From positions 42,323,474 to 42,387,473 of the forward strand of contig NC_092381.1 of the NCBI RefSeq assembly GCF_030028105.1: DNA of 64,000 nucleotides. Direction: 5' to 3'. Position 1 is the stretch's first letter. Each line of letters starts with the position of its first letter. Shown here one piece after another: positions 11,974-23,800 of this stretch. This DNA is from Mobula birostris. Taxonomy: Eukaryota. The position numbers and the translations under genes were made by a program. The notes under the pieces were generated by a model. It did no database searches, was not told the DNA's origin, and worked only from the letters and a program-made list of their open reading frames with translations.

Positions 11974-12199
11974 TCCTGCTGTTTTGCCCGCCGGCACTCC
12001 ACTTTAAGGGCTGGACCCAGCGTCTTCCCTGCTAAAGATAAATGTGACTGCCTATCGTGTGAAAGCTATCGGCAAGTTGAGTCGGTGCACGCGAGCTGTT
12101 TAAAGACAAAAGGCTTTATTTCCTTAAAATGTGTAAGTAATAAGAAGTCTGGTGACGGCGACGTAAGGCGGCAGCAGCAGCTGATTGGTCGGGTGAGAC

Positions 12200-12269
12200 G
12201 GCTGCGCGGAGTGAGAGTGACGCTGTCGCGCTGGAGAAGGAGGGGTGAGGACCTGGAGGCGCAACGTTG
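12200..12269 (+). other. AKR1A1: Probable non-coding exon 1 of AKR1A1
   Basis: Donor TG|GTAAGG at 12269/12270 downstream of a CCAAT box in the CpG island; the first coding exon has an acceptor 6 nt before ATG; 5' boundary approximate. Confidence 0.6.
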
Positions 12270-14222
12270 GTAAGGCGCTTTTGTGTGGATGCTATAACTA
12301 CCTTTATATGTTTCTCAAGTCTGAAAAATGTATACTGTTCGATTTAATGATAAGCCTTTCTGTTCAATACACTCTGTGTACGATTGAGGTGCATCATTAT
12401 TACAGACGCTCTTCTGGGCTGTACCAGAAAATCCAGGCGGACCCAAGGTGTATTGCAAGTTTCCTTGGGAAAAGCGCTGCATCCCTTTTGACTCCTGAGA
12501 ATCCTGGGCGCGTGTTTGAACGTAGCGAGGAGCTTTTGGTTTCCTTTAAGAAATTGTTACTTAGAGAGGATAGAAGCTGGAGGCGATTCTGCCACCAGAC
12601 CGTCTACCCAACTGCCTGTTCATCTGTGAAAGGGACTGGTTCCCTCATTGGTCTCGGGCATCTCAAATCCTCGAAGGTGGTCTTGGACGCAAGTCGTCAT
12701 AATTCCTGAGCGCCTAGCAAAGAATATTACATTTTGAGCTGCTGACGCTGCAAATCCAAAACTAAACCAGAGAAAATGGCAGAAGTACTCAGCAAGTTAA
12801 ACAGTGTTAATGGAGATTAAAGCAGTCAATGGTTCAGGTTAAAGATCCTTCATCACAATCCACAGATTTTACTTGATTTTTGAGCACTTCAATTTTTGGC
12901 ATTCTTTAATTTGATTTCAAAAAATTAAATAGTATTAGATGCCATGTAAAAGTGCTTCGGCGAAGTCAAGCTATGTCCTGATGTGATCATACTTGAGAAA
13001 TTGATTTATGCTTCAGAGAAGTCTCTTTGGTCAAAATGAATTGCAGTCACATCTTGACTACCCCAAATCTAGTTTTAATGTTGAGCACTTTTACACTTAG
13101 TATATCCAAATTTGATCAAAACTGAAATATATTTTCTGCTTCCCTTTTTCAGTGTGCCATTTTATCAATCCTAGGAATGCACTGAGATAATTTATGACAA
13201 TAGCAGGATGTTTCTGAGTATTTTCAAAAACACTGTGTCCTTTTTATAGGATTTCAGTTATTTGAAGCTGCACGGGAATTGGTTTGATAATCTGCAACAG
13301 AATAAAAGTCTAGTAAGAAATGAATGTAGCAAAATAATTTTAACTCTGCATGTCCATGAAATCTATCCTCCTGAATATTATTTATCCTAGAGAAGGGAAA
13401 TTAGAAAGTTGGAGATGCCGTTCATTCACAAGTATTTTGTTTCAATTTTGAAGGGGCAACATGCAAAGGATTTTAACCCAAATTTTAAGGCCAAAGCAAA
13501 TCTGCAGAAACTACTGTAAGGTAAAACATAGGAATGTACCTTTATTGCAAGTATTTGGTACAAAAGAATTTGTATGAATAGTTTACTTGTTCAGGCTTTA
13601 AGCCCATCCTGTATAGTTTGTGGCAAAATAAAAAAACACTGGGAGGTTCTTGTGGCCCAGACCATTCCTTTCAGTAATCCATTCAGGTTTTTACCAGTAC
13701 ACCTCGGTCCAATACTTTTTATTTTGAAAAACAACTTCCTTAATGGAAAAATTATTTTATTTTCTGTTACACAAATAATAACTTCTTCCCTCAATATAAT
13801 GAAGGTAAATAGCAGCACGTAGTACAGAGAAACTTTTGCTCAAATGAGATCTTATTGACATCCAATTTGCAGTAATTTTGCTGCACAGTAACCAGGAGAA
13901 GCCGTAAAATTTATTGGGCTGGATTGGGGGTTACCAACCTTTTTTTATGCCGTGGATCCCTACCATTAACTGAGGGGTCCGTGGGCCCCCAGATCAGGAA
14001 CCCCAGGAACTAGATCGTTCTAACACAGGTTGTAACCTCAGGGAATTTCTGCTTAACTTCCATTTGAATTACACTCCTGTGCTTTGCAGCAAGGAATTAT
14101 GATACACATTAGACATTGGTTGCCACCACATCCAAGCAACTGTTCTGCTGCTGGACTCAGCATTGGCACTTAGACCCAAAGACTGAGAAAATTGTAGAAA
14201 CACGCAACAGGTTTGGCAGCAT

Positions 14223-14432
14223 ACAGAGGTGCTAGAAAGTTTGTGAACCCTCTAGAATTTTCCCTTTCTGCGTAAATATGACTTAAAATGTGATCAGATC
14301 TTCATTTTCCTGGAAACTAGATAAAGAGAACCCAATTAAGTAAACAACACCAAAAGCATTATACTTTTTCCATTTATTGAGAAAAATGATCCACTATTCA
14401 TGTATTTTTGGGAAAAGTATGTGAACCTCTAG
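14223..14432 (+). mobile_element. Tc1-like left IR/DR fragment
   Basis: TA-CAG..GAAAGTTTGTGAACCC and inner repeat GAAAAGTATGTGAACC. Confidence 0.6.
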
Positions 14433-14730
14433 GGTATTTAACCTGCAACCTTAATTCTGTTTCTCTTCATGGATGCTGCCTGGCCTGCTGAGTCTCTTCA
14501 GTATTTTCTCTTCTAGTTTCAGATTTCCAGCATCTGCAGATTTCTTTCATTTGCAGAGTATATAGTGTATGCGTCTCCAAAATGATTTGCGTGGTTTTCT
14601 TTACCAACTAATGTATGTATTATTAATAGTACATTGATAGTATTAATACATGGATTTAAATGGTTTCTGTAATAATTGTCATTTAAGATTTTCAGAATTT
14701 TAGGAACGTTCTCTCTTGTTTTAGGATAAA

Positions 14731-14817
14731 ATGTCTACTTCTGATTATGTTCTGCTCAACACTGGACAAAAGATGCCTCTCATTGGGCTGGGGACATGGA
14801 AAAGTAGACCTGATGAG
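14731..14817 (+). CDS. AKR1A1: AKR1A1 coding exon 1
   Basis: [29 protein letters not shown]. Confidence 0.93.
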
Positions 14818-17800
14818 GTAATTTGTCTAATTGTCCAATTACATTGACAAAATTAGATTAACCTTACCTTGAGTCGCCCAAAGGTGTTCCTTTTATGTCT
14901 GTTTTGTTATATTGTCCTTCAACAGGCCCCTTATTTTGTGTATGACTTCATCCAGAGACTTGTAGCTTGAGGATTTGGAATTGTCATGGATCACTTGAGT
15001 CCAAACTTAAATCCAAGCCATTTAGGAAGACAGAAGTAGGGCATTGACAGTACAGCATAGTGCCTACACTTCAGCAAACAATATTGGGCCAACCTTTTAA
15101 TGCAAGCAGCTAATCTTTCCCTTCCACTTAGGTCTCCATTTTTTTCATCCAAATGTCTATTTGAAAGCCTTAAATGTCCCTAATGAATCTGCCTCTGCCA
15201 TCACACCTGACAGTGCACTTTTCATTCCCCTGGCAGTGCATTACATGTACTTGCCACTCTGTAAAAATTTTTAAAAAAGCCTTCCTCTTAAATCCGCCCC
15301 CCCCCCCCCAATTTTCCCCTCCAAAATCACCTTTTTAAAAAAAGATGTCCTGTTGTATTAGCCATTGCCGTCATGGAAAAAAGCACTGGCTGTTAGTTCT
15401 ATCTATGCCTCTTGTACATCTCTATCAAGCCTCTTCTCATCCTAATTCACTCCAAAGAGAAAAGACCTAGCTATTCAACCTTTCCCTACAAGGCAGGCTG
15501 GCTAACATCTGGGTAAATTTCCTCCAAAGACATGTTAACATGTACACAATAGAACGACTCCAAAGCTGAATTTTGATTTGAAGAGTACACATGTAGCACG
15601 TCTCCATTCCAGGGATGACTAAGTATTATCTCTCTTTAGTCCATAACTTTTCTCAACCAAGGTCTTTCACATTGTTACTTAAGCATGTGTACCTCAAATT
15701 CTTAAGGATGCAAGGGATTATCACCTTCCAGTTTTCAGCAATAGTGACTGACTTGGGTGTGGGTGGCAGTTTGGAAATGCAGATGCCTTTTTAAAGATGT
15801 GATCTGACACAAAAAAATGAACTAGGTAAAAGTCTAAGCACATTATCATGTGAACTTTCTCAACTGGTTACTCAATCTCTCTTGTCATAGAGGGATCAGG
15901 CCCCTCTGCGACGCCCCAGACGCGTTCTCTCGAGCCTGGTGGCAAGCAAGCGCAATGGATCATACAAGCGACTCTCAGACAGGCATAGCCCTGGGAAGAA
16001 CCCAGGCAGGGCCAGACAGTGTCAATGATCAATGTGTCCTGCAATTCACATTAATTCTCGCAGATGAGAATCCATCAGTATTTGGAATGTTTTACTTAAG
16101 GTCCTGGCTAATGCCCCCTTTGGCCCCTGTTCTGGGGCATACCCATCTTCTGCCATCAATGTAATGGCACTAAACCAAGCTGCAGTTACCTTTGGCAAAG
16201 TATCCTTGGAATTAACTAGGTAATTACTCAAATACTATTTTGCATCCACACTCAGCATTTACTGTTAACTAAAAGGCAGTGAGTACGTGGAGATTTTCAC
16301 TATTTTTGTATCATACAAAAATTAACATTCTATATGCTACTATTTTTACAATGCATCCTTGTGTTTTTTCAGTTAGTCTTTGCAGCTAACTTACAGGAAC
16401 GATCAACTTTGTAAATACTCATGGTATATCGATATATTCTGATGTGCTTCAAACAATTATTTATGAATCTTTAATAATAAAATAATTGTTCATTTAGTAT
16501 ATTAAACTGGCAATTCTTATTTATCAGGAGATAAAATGGGATGCTTAATATTATAATACATCTCCATACATTAGTGTTATGGTTTGTTTCCTCCCAAGTC
16601 AGTGCCAAAACTTAACTGTTTTTTGTCATTATCTCTTCCTATTCTCTTACATTTATTCAAAAATAGTCACTAGTATGCGTTAAGAATATTACTCTGTATC
16701 CTTGTTTTTACTAATAACAAAATGTTGGAAATATCAGAAATTGTGCCGGCTGGCAAAGTACCAGTAAAGCTGACTGGCAAAATAACATACTGTTGAAAAC
16801 AGGAAACTGTCTAGTTTCTGTTTCTTGCTTTTGCATTTTTTCTGGTATTTGCAATTTTCATATGGAAATTTCTTTCAAAAAAAAAGAACTTGCCGGCAAT
16901 TTGGTATAATTGAGTGCAAAAGATCACTTCCAAGAGAAAATCTGGAGATGCTGAAAATCCAAGGAACATGCACAAAAACTGTGGGAACTCAACAGGCCAG
17001 GTAGCATTTGTGTAATAGAGTAAACAGTTAATGTTTCAAGCCGAGACCCTTCAACAGAACTCCTGCCCCCTCTCCTGCCATATTAACATTTTCCCTTTTA
17101 GGAATTCTTGCAGATCAGGTATGCAGAGTAAATATCAGTCAGCTGTGCCTCAAAGTCCTTTAGCACCATCTAGTTAGAATTTTCCATTTTCCACTCCAAG
17201 ACGTACTTGAAAATTTATTCATCTTAACTTAATTGAAGTTGCCGAAACTTGGCTGCAAACACTAACTTAATTGTCAATGTCAGCTGAATTTAAACTTTCT
17301 TATAAAGGTGACAATTCATTGTCTAATGATCTAACAATTTTTGCATTGATTTTGTTTTTTAACGAAAGAAAATATCTACTTGAGTGCTGAAATTAGCATT
17401 GATTAATGGGGTGGGTATTTATCTCTGGTATAGAGTTTTGAACTCCAGTTCCTTTGACTCCTGCCATAGACTGCATGAAACTTATTTGACATGTCTTAGC
17501 TAACTGCTGAAGAAAGAGTTTACTTCAGTTCAAAAATTCCTGTTCAGTAAAAGAAATTATTCTTTTAGCCAGAGGTTACATAGGTTCAAAATTATTTTTT
17601 TATATCCCCAATTCCTCAGAGTGACCACCAAATTGCTCAGTAAACTGAGGAAACTATTAAGAATTATGCAAATTTTATTTAAACTATTAATGCATATTAA
17701 TTTGGGCACTCAACGTCAGTAAGATGAAAGAGCTGATTGTGGACTTCAGGCAGGGTAAGACGAAGGAACACATACCAATCCTCATAGAGGGATCAGAAGT

Positions 17801-20800
17801 GGAGAGAGTGAGCAGTTTCAAGTTCCTGGGTGTCAGTATCTCTGAGGATCTAACCTGGTCCCAACATATCGATGTAGTTATAAAGAAGGCAAGGCAGCGG
17901 CTATACTTCATTAGGAGTTTGAAGAGAATTGGTATGTCAACAAATAAACTCAAAAACTTCTATAGATGTACCGTGGAGAGCATTCTGGTAGGCTGCATCA
18001 CTGTCTGGTATGGGGGGTGGGGTGGTGGTCTACTGCACAGGACCAAAAGAAGCTGCAGAAGGTTGTAAATTTAGTCTGTTCCATCTTGGGTACTAGCCTA
18101 CAAAGTACCCAGGACATCTTCAAGGAGCGGTGTCTCAGAAAGGCAGCGTTCATTGTAAAGGACCTCCAGCACCCAGGGCATGCCCTTTTCTCACTGTTAC
18201 CATCAGGTAGGAGGTACCCAGAAGCCTGAAGGCTCACACTCAGCGATTCAGGAACAGGTTCTTCTCCTCTGTCATCCAATTCCTAAATGGACATTGAATC
18301 TTTGGACACTACCTCACTTTTTTAATATATAGTATTTCTGTTTTTTGCACAATTTTTAATCTATTCAATATACGTATGCTGTAATTGGTTGTTATTTATT
18401 TATGATTATTTTATTTTGTTTTTTTTCTTCTATATTATGTATTGCATTGAACTGCTGCTAAGTTAACAAACTTCATGTCACATGCTGGTGATATGAGCAG
18501 AGCTCACTAAAGTCACAGTGTGGAATACTTTAGTAATGCATACTGTCAGCATTAATCAGTTAAGATTAACTGAAGAGTTATTGAGGAGATACATTGTCAC
18601 AAGAAAAGATGCTGGAAATCCAAAGCAGCGCGCACAAAATGGGAGTCCTGATGAAGGGTCTCTGCCTGAAATGTCGACTGTTTACTCTTTTCCGTAGATG
18701 CTGCTTAGCCAGTTGAGTTCCTCCAGCATTTTGTTTGTTGTAAGATATAATCTCTGTCTGCTCTAAGCAACAAGCAAATTTCAGACAAATATTCCTACGG
18801 CAGCCAAAGCTTTTTGTTCGCTGTACCAACTTTTCATGGTGTACTTGAATAATTTTTAACTGCCCAAAATATTAAGGTGACACGTTTATTTCACTGACTT
18901 GTAGTTGAGTGAACTTGATCAAGAATGCAGTGATGGTATGCTAACCAGATAAAATATGTACTTTCTCTGAGGAAGATAGGAGGGAAAGAGTATTTAGTTT
19001 TATTAATAGACTGACAACTACGCTGCTCCAGAGTGCAATAGGAGGTCATTCTTGCCCTCCGCCATTAGGTCCTATAATAAATCAACCTATTGCCGGGGAG
19101 GCGATGACCCCCTCCTGTTGGACTATTTGAAGGAGCTTATTTTCTATTTTTTCTTACTTTTCTTCTAATATTTGTATATCTATGCATTCATAATGCTATT
19201 GTGACACTAATTTCCTTCAGGATCAACAAAGAATCTGTCTATTTCTAACTTAATGACCTAGTCATGCTCTTCCCTTCCAGCACTTGCCAAGAATCTACAT
19301 CCGTTGTCTCCCCATTACCTATTCTCACCTGTTCCAGATAAAGAAACCCCTAACCCTACCTTCATAGTATTTTGACAGGCTTACAGGAGTACATTAAAGT
19401 AGCCAATTCCTGAATGGACATGAAAGCTTTTTTTTTTGTTTAATCATTTTTAATGGTCTCTGACATTCAGATAACATTTTAAAGTAAAATTGAAAAAAAT
19501 AAATTTTTTATTAAAAATGATCGGTTAAAACACTAAAATAATCTCCCTTGAAATTAATGTTGTTTTGGATCCTTTACTCTAACTTGGTGGAGGACCTAAG
19601 AAGCATATAGTGTTTTTCTTTCCCTGCCACATCAGTCCAGCAAAAGAGGCTTTGTCAGGTGTAGGACCGCTGGTCAATTATATTCAAAAATATGTCTACA
19701 GGAATACTGGACTAGCTATTGCTTAAAAGGTAGATATTATTTATTATGAATATCCACCTCATTCTAGTGGACTTATTGTGAACAATCCGAGAAAAATGTT
19801 GAGCCTAAAAACAGTACTGAAACACTTATGGTGAAAGTTGTTTATGTTGTGTATGAATGAATGACAAAACCCAGCACCATTGCTCTGTGATGTTTGTGTG
19901 TACATTAGTAAATTTGTTTTACGTGGGTGTCTCCTTTTTTTACAATACATTGTTTATGCATTGAATAATCGAGATCCACTCATCCAGTTTTCCTTTGATT
20001 TAAAATCTGTAGTCCCCCAAGGGATTTTTTTTCTTGAATTTTCTAGAATGGTAGATTTTTAGAACATAGAACATAGAATAGTACAGCATAATACAGGCCC
20101 TTCGGCCCACAATGTTGTGCCGACCCTTAAACCCTGCCTCCCATATAACCCCCCACCTTAAATTCCTCCATATACCTGTGAAGAATACTATATTAGTACT
20201 CCTTTATGGGGATGTGTATCGGTGAGGTTATGTTCAACAGCTATCAATTAAAGCAATAAGCAATACCAGCGGAGAAGAAATCCGAAACTTCGGTATTTTG
20301 TTCTGCCATTCTTCCTTAAGACAATAATTCAATTATCTCCAGACCAATGTTGCCTTCTATTGAATTTAGTCAATAAGAGATATAAAAATGGCTGCAAATG
20401 ACTGTTACAGCCTCTGTATCATCTTTGCTCTGTATACAATGTCACTGTCAAGAAATGTCTTGCTTCTTTAGAGTGATAAAGTGGACAAATTTTTGAGATG
20501 GTAATTGATCCTCAATATTCATATTCATGCTGAAAGAGAACTTGATTGTAGACAATGATTATGTTTGCTCTTTTGCTAAGGTAAAAACAGCTATCCTGAA
20601 TGCATTAAAGAGTGGTTATCGTCATGTGGACTGTGCTACAGTGTACAATAATGAAGCTGAAATTGGAGACCTCTTTAAAGAAGTAGTTGGCGTTGACAAG
20701 GTATGATCTAAGAAATTAAATGTTGCGTGGATATGAATCACATTGCACAAATTTGTGTTTGGAAGTATCCTTCAAAAAATGACATGCAAGAATCCATCTT

Positions 20801-23800
20801 CTAGAATAAGTGTAACGAGCCATGTACAATGTCTTTCCCCATTAAAGTATATAGATAGAACTCTGCAATTGAATGTATCACTGCAATTATTTAATTGCAA
20901 ATTTGTGGGTCCAGGTTAAAAATCAGATAATAATTTAACTTGAGGATTTTCATATTATTAAGAATCCTTTTTGGAATTGGTTTATTATGGTCAAATGTAC
21001 CGAAATACAGTGAAAAGTTTGTTCATACAGATCCAATCATGATACAGTGCATGGAAGTAGTACGGGGTAAAATAATGCAGAATAAAGAATTTAACAGCTA
21101 TAGTGAAAGTGCTGGTGAACAATAAGGTGCAATATCATAATGAGGTAGGGTTCATCTTCCTGAACCAGTGAACAATTTAATTGTCTTTTAACAGTGGGGT
21201 AGAAACTATACTTGAGTTGGTCTTGGATCGTCTGCCTGGATGAGGTCCTTGATTATCCTGGCTGCTCTACTGAGATAGCAAGAAATGTATAGAAGGTCTA
21301 TGGAGGGGAGGTTGGTATCTGTAATTTTCTTGAGCTGTGTTCATAGCTATCTACAATTTCATGCAGCTGCAATTACAGGCAGAACAGTTGCTATTCCAAT
21401 GCTGTTATACATCCAGATAAAATGTTTTCTCTAGTGCATGGATTAAAAATTGGTAATAGTTAATGGGGACATGAGGAATTTCTTTAGCCTCCAAAGGAAG
21501 TAGAGGTAGTGATGAGTTTTCCTGACTGTGACGTCAACATGGTGGAACCAGGGCAGGCTATTGGTGATGTTCACTCCTAGGAAGTTGAAATTTCAACACT
21601 GTTGATATGGACAGGAGCATGTGCACACCCCCTTTCTGAAGTCACTGACCAGCCCTTTTGTCTTCCTGACATTAAGGAAATGATTGTTGTCATGACACCA
21701 TATTATTAAGCTCTCTATATCCTTCCTATACACTGTCTTGTCATTATTTCAGCTATGGCCCACTGGCAGTATTGTCTGCAAATTTGTAGATAGAATTAGA
21801 GCACAATCTAGCTATACAGTCACAAGTGTACAGGGAGCAGAATAGGGGCTGAGAGGTTTTAACATTGTGGAGCACCAGTGTTTAAAATAGTTGTGTTGTG
21901 GGAGTTGCTACTTCATCTTACTGATGGTCAGGAAGTCAAGGATACAGTTGCAATTGTTGATTCTCAGGGTCAAAGTGTGTATGCAGAATACATCTCTGAG
22001 ATTTGTCTTCTCCAGATGGCCATAAAATACAGTAAGATCATAGAAGTAGTTGAAAGAAAAGACATCAATCCCCCCCACACATGAAAAGAAAAAGAAACAA
22101 AAACTCACAAAACCCAAACCCCTCCAACCCCTCCCTCGCACAAAAACTAATGTCACTCATACAGAGAAACAACAATAAGAACGTCAAACCCCAAACCCTC
22201 ACCCACCAATTGGCAACGAGAAAGAATAGGCAAGAATGTGAAAAAATAGCATTGAAGAGGCCATTATGAACTATAGTTGGGTTGAGCTACAGTCCAATCC
22301 ATATATCTCAGAATTTTCATGGCATCTCCGGAGCCTTGGGGAGAGCCTCAACTGAATCCTCATGACAGTGGATGTCCATCCATGGCCGCCTCCTTCGGGC
22401 CGAAATGTTAACTGTACTCTTTTCCATAGATGCTGCCAGGCCTGCTGAGTTCCTCCAACATTTTATGTTGTGTTGATTTGTAGTGGTTTATTTTAGCTGG
22501 AAAAATAACTTGACTGAAAGCTTGTTCCTGGTCTTGTACAAAAAAAAAGAAAGGCTGTTCTATTCCACAACAAATATTTCATGTTATTTTATTAGTGAAA
22601 ATGACATGACAGTATTAAATATTTTGGTTGCATTGCAACTTTTGCAAGTAAAATATTCAAAATGATTGGACTTTTTGATTCTTAGCATTCAGATACAGTC
22701 GGCTCTCCTTATCCACGAGTTCCGCATGTGCGAATTCAACCAACCGCGAATTGAGAAAACCTGGAAGTTCTCTTCCANNNNNNNNNNNNNNNNNNNNNNN
22801 NNNNNNNNNNNNNNNNNNNNNNNNNNNNNNNNNNNNNNNNNNNNNNNNNNNNNNNNNNNNNNNNNNNNNNNNNNNNNNNNNNNNNNNNNNNNNNNNNNNN
22901 NNNNNNNNNNNNNNNNNNNNNNNNNNNNNNNNNNNNNNNNNNNNNNNNNCGAAAAAAAAACTAAGTTCTCTTAGTAAGTAAGTCGGAACAGGTACATCCA
23001 GTATTATTTAGTGTCAGTTAGTCAAACGTTTGTCTTAGTATATAGTATATATTTTACCTTTCTATGCATGTAAAATACGCCGGGCTGAAACGTATGTTTC
23101 AGAGTTCAATCCAGTGACACATCACTCCCGAGCGCGCTGTCCATCCCTGCTGGGTTGATATGGAGGATGAAAACCCCAAAACCCAATATTAAACCACTGT
23201 GTTGCTTACTAATAATTGTAGTTTTAATCGGCCAGGGCCTTTCTCATTTTATCCTTTAAAATTATTCCGATCGTTGACCGACTGTAGCCTAATGCTTTTC
23301 CAATGACCGATGGCGTTTCACCTCTTTCTGATCACTTTATTAGTTCCACTTTATTTTCAATCGTGATCGTGACTATTTTCGTGAACAGAAACACTGCGGA
23401 TTCAGAGCTCCACCGCCATGTCCTAATGCCCACCAAACTGAGACAGGTTAAATAAGGTCCAGGGTTCTGCTGGGTCCTAAGGTCCACCACATTGAGTCAG
23501 GTCGATAAGGGACTTGAGCATCCGCGTTTTTTGGTATCCGCGAGGGGATCTGGAACCAATCCCTCGTGGGTAAGGAGGGCCGACTGTATTTGACAATATG
23601 AAATTGATTGGATATCCAAACTAACCAAGGGATTTAGCTTGTTTTATCACATACATTTACTTTTGCAGATTGTGAAACGTGAAGAACTTTTTGTAACCTC
23701 CAAGCTGTGGAATAATAAGCATCATCCTGAAGATGTGGAAGCTGCTTGTCGCAAATCTTTGGAAGACCTGAAGCTCACTTACCTGGATTTATACTTGATC

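Larger units (their letters stand above)
11640..12300. promoter_or_regulatory. CpG-island, probable bidirectional promoter for PRDX1 and AKR1A1
   Basis: CpG-rich; repeated GC boxes (CCGCCCC); inverted CCAAT (CTGATTGG, 12181-12188); divergent splice donors at 11700(-) and 12270(+). Confidence 0.7.

Noticed and set aside
11637-12035. Several Gly/Arg/Pro-rich ORFs on both strands
   Set aside because: They arise from the stop-free GC minisatellite; there is no coding signature
15886-16063. Functional 5.8S rRNA gene
   Set aside because: 5'-truncated, mutated, and without 18S/28S context
22666-22981. ORFs containing X runs
   Set aside because: Artefacts of the N gap
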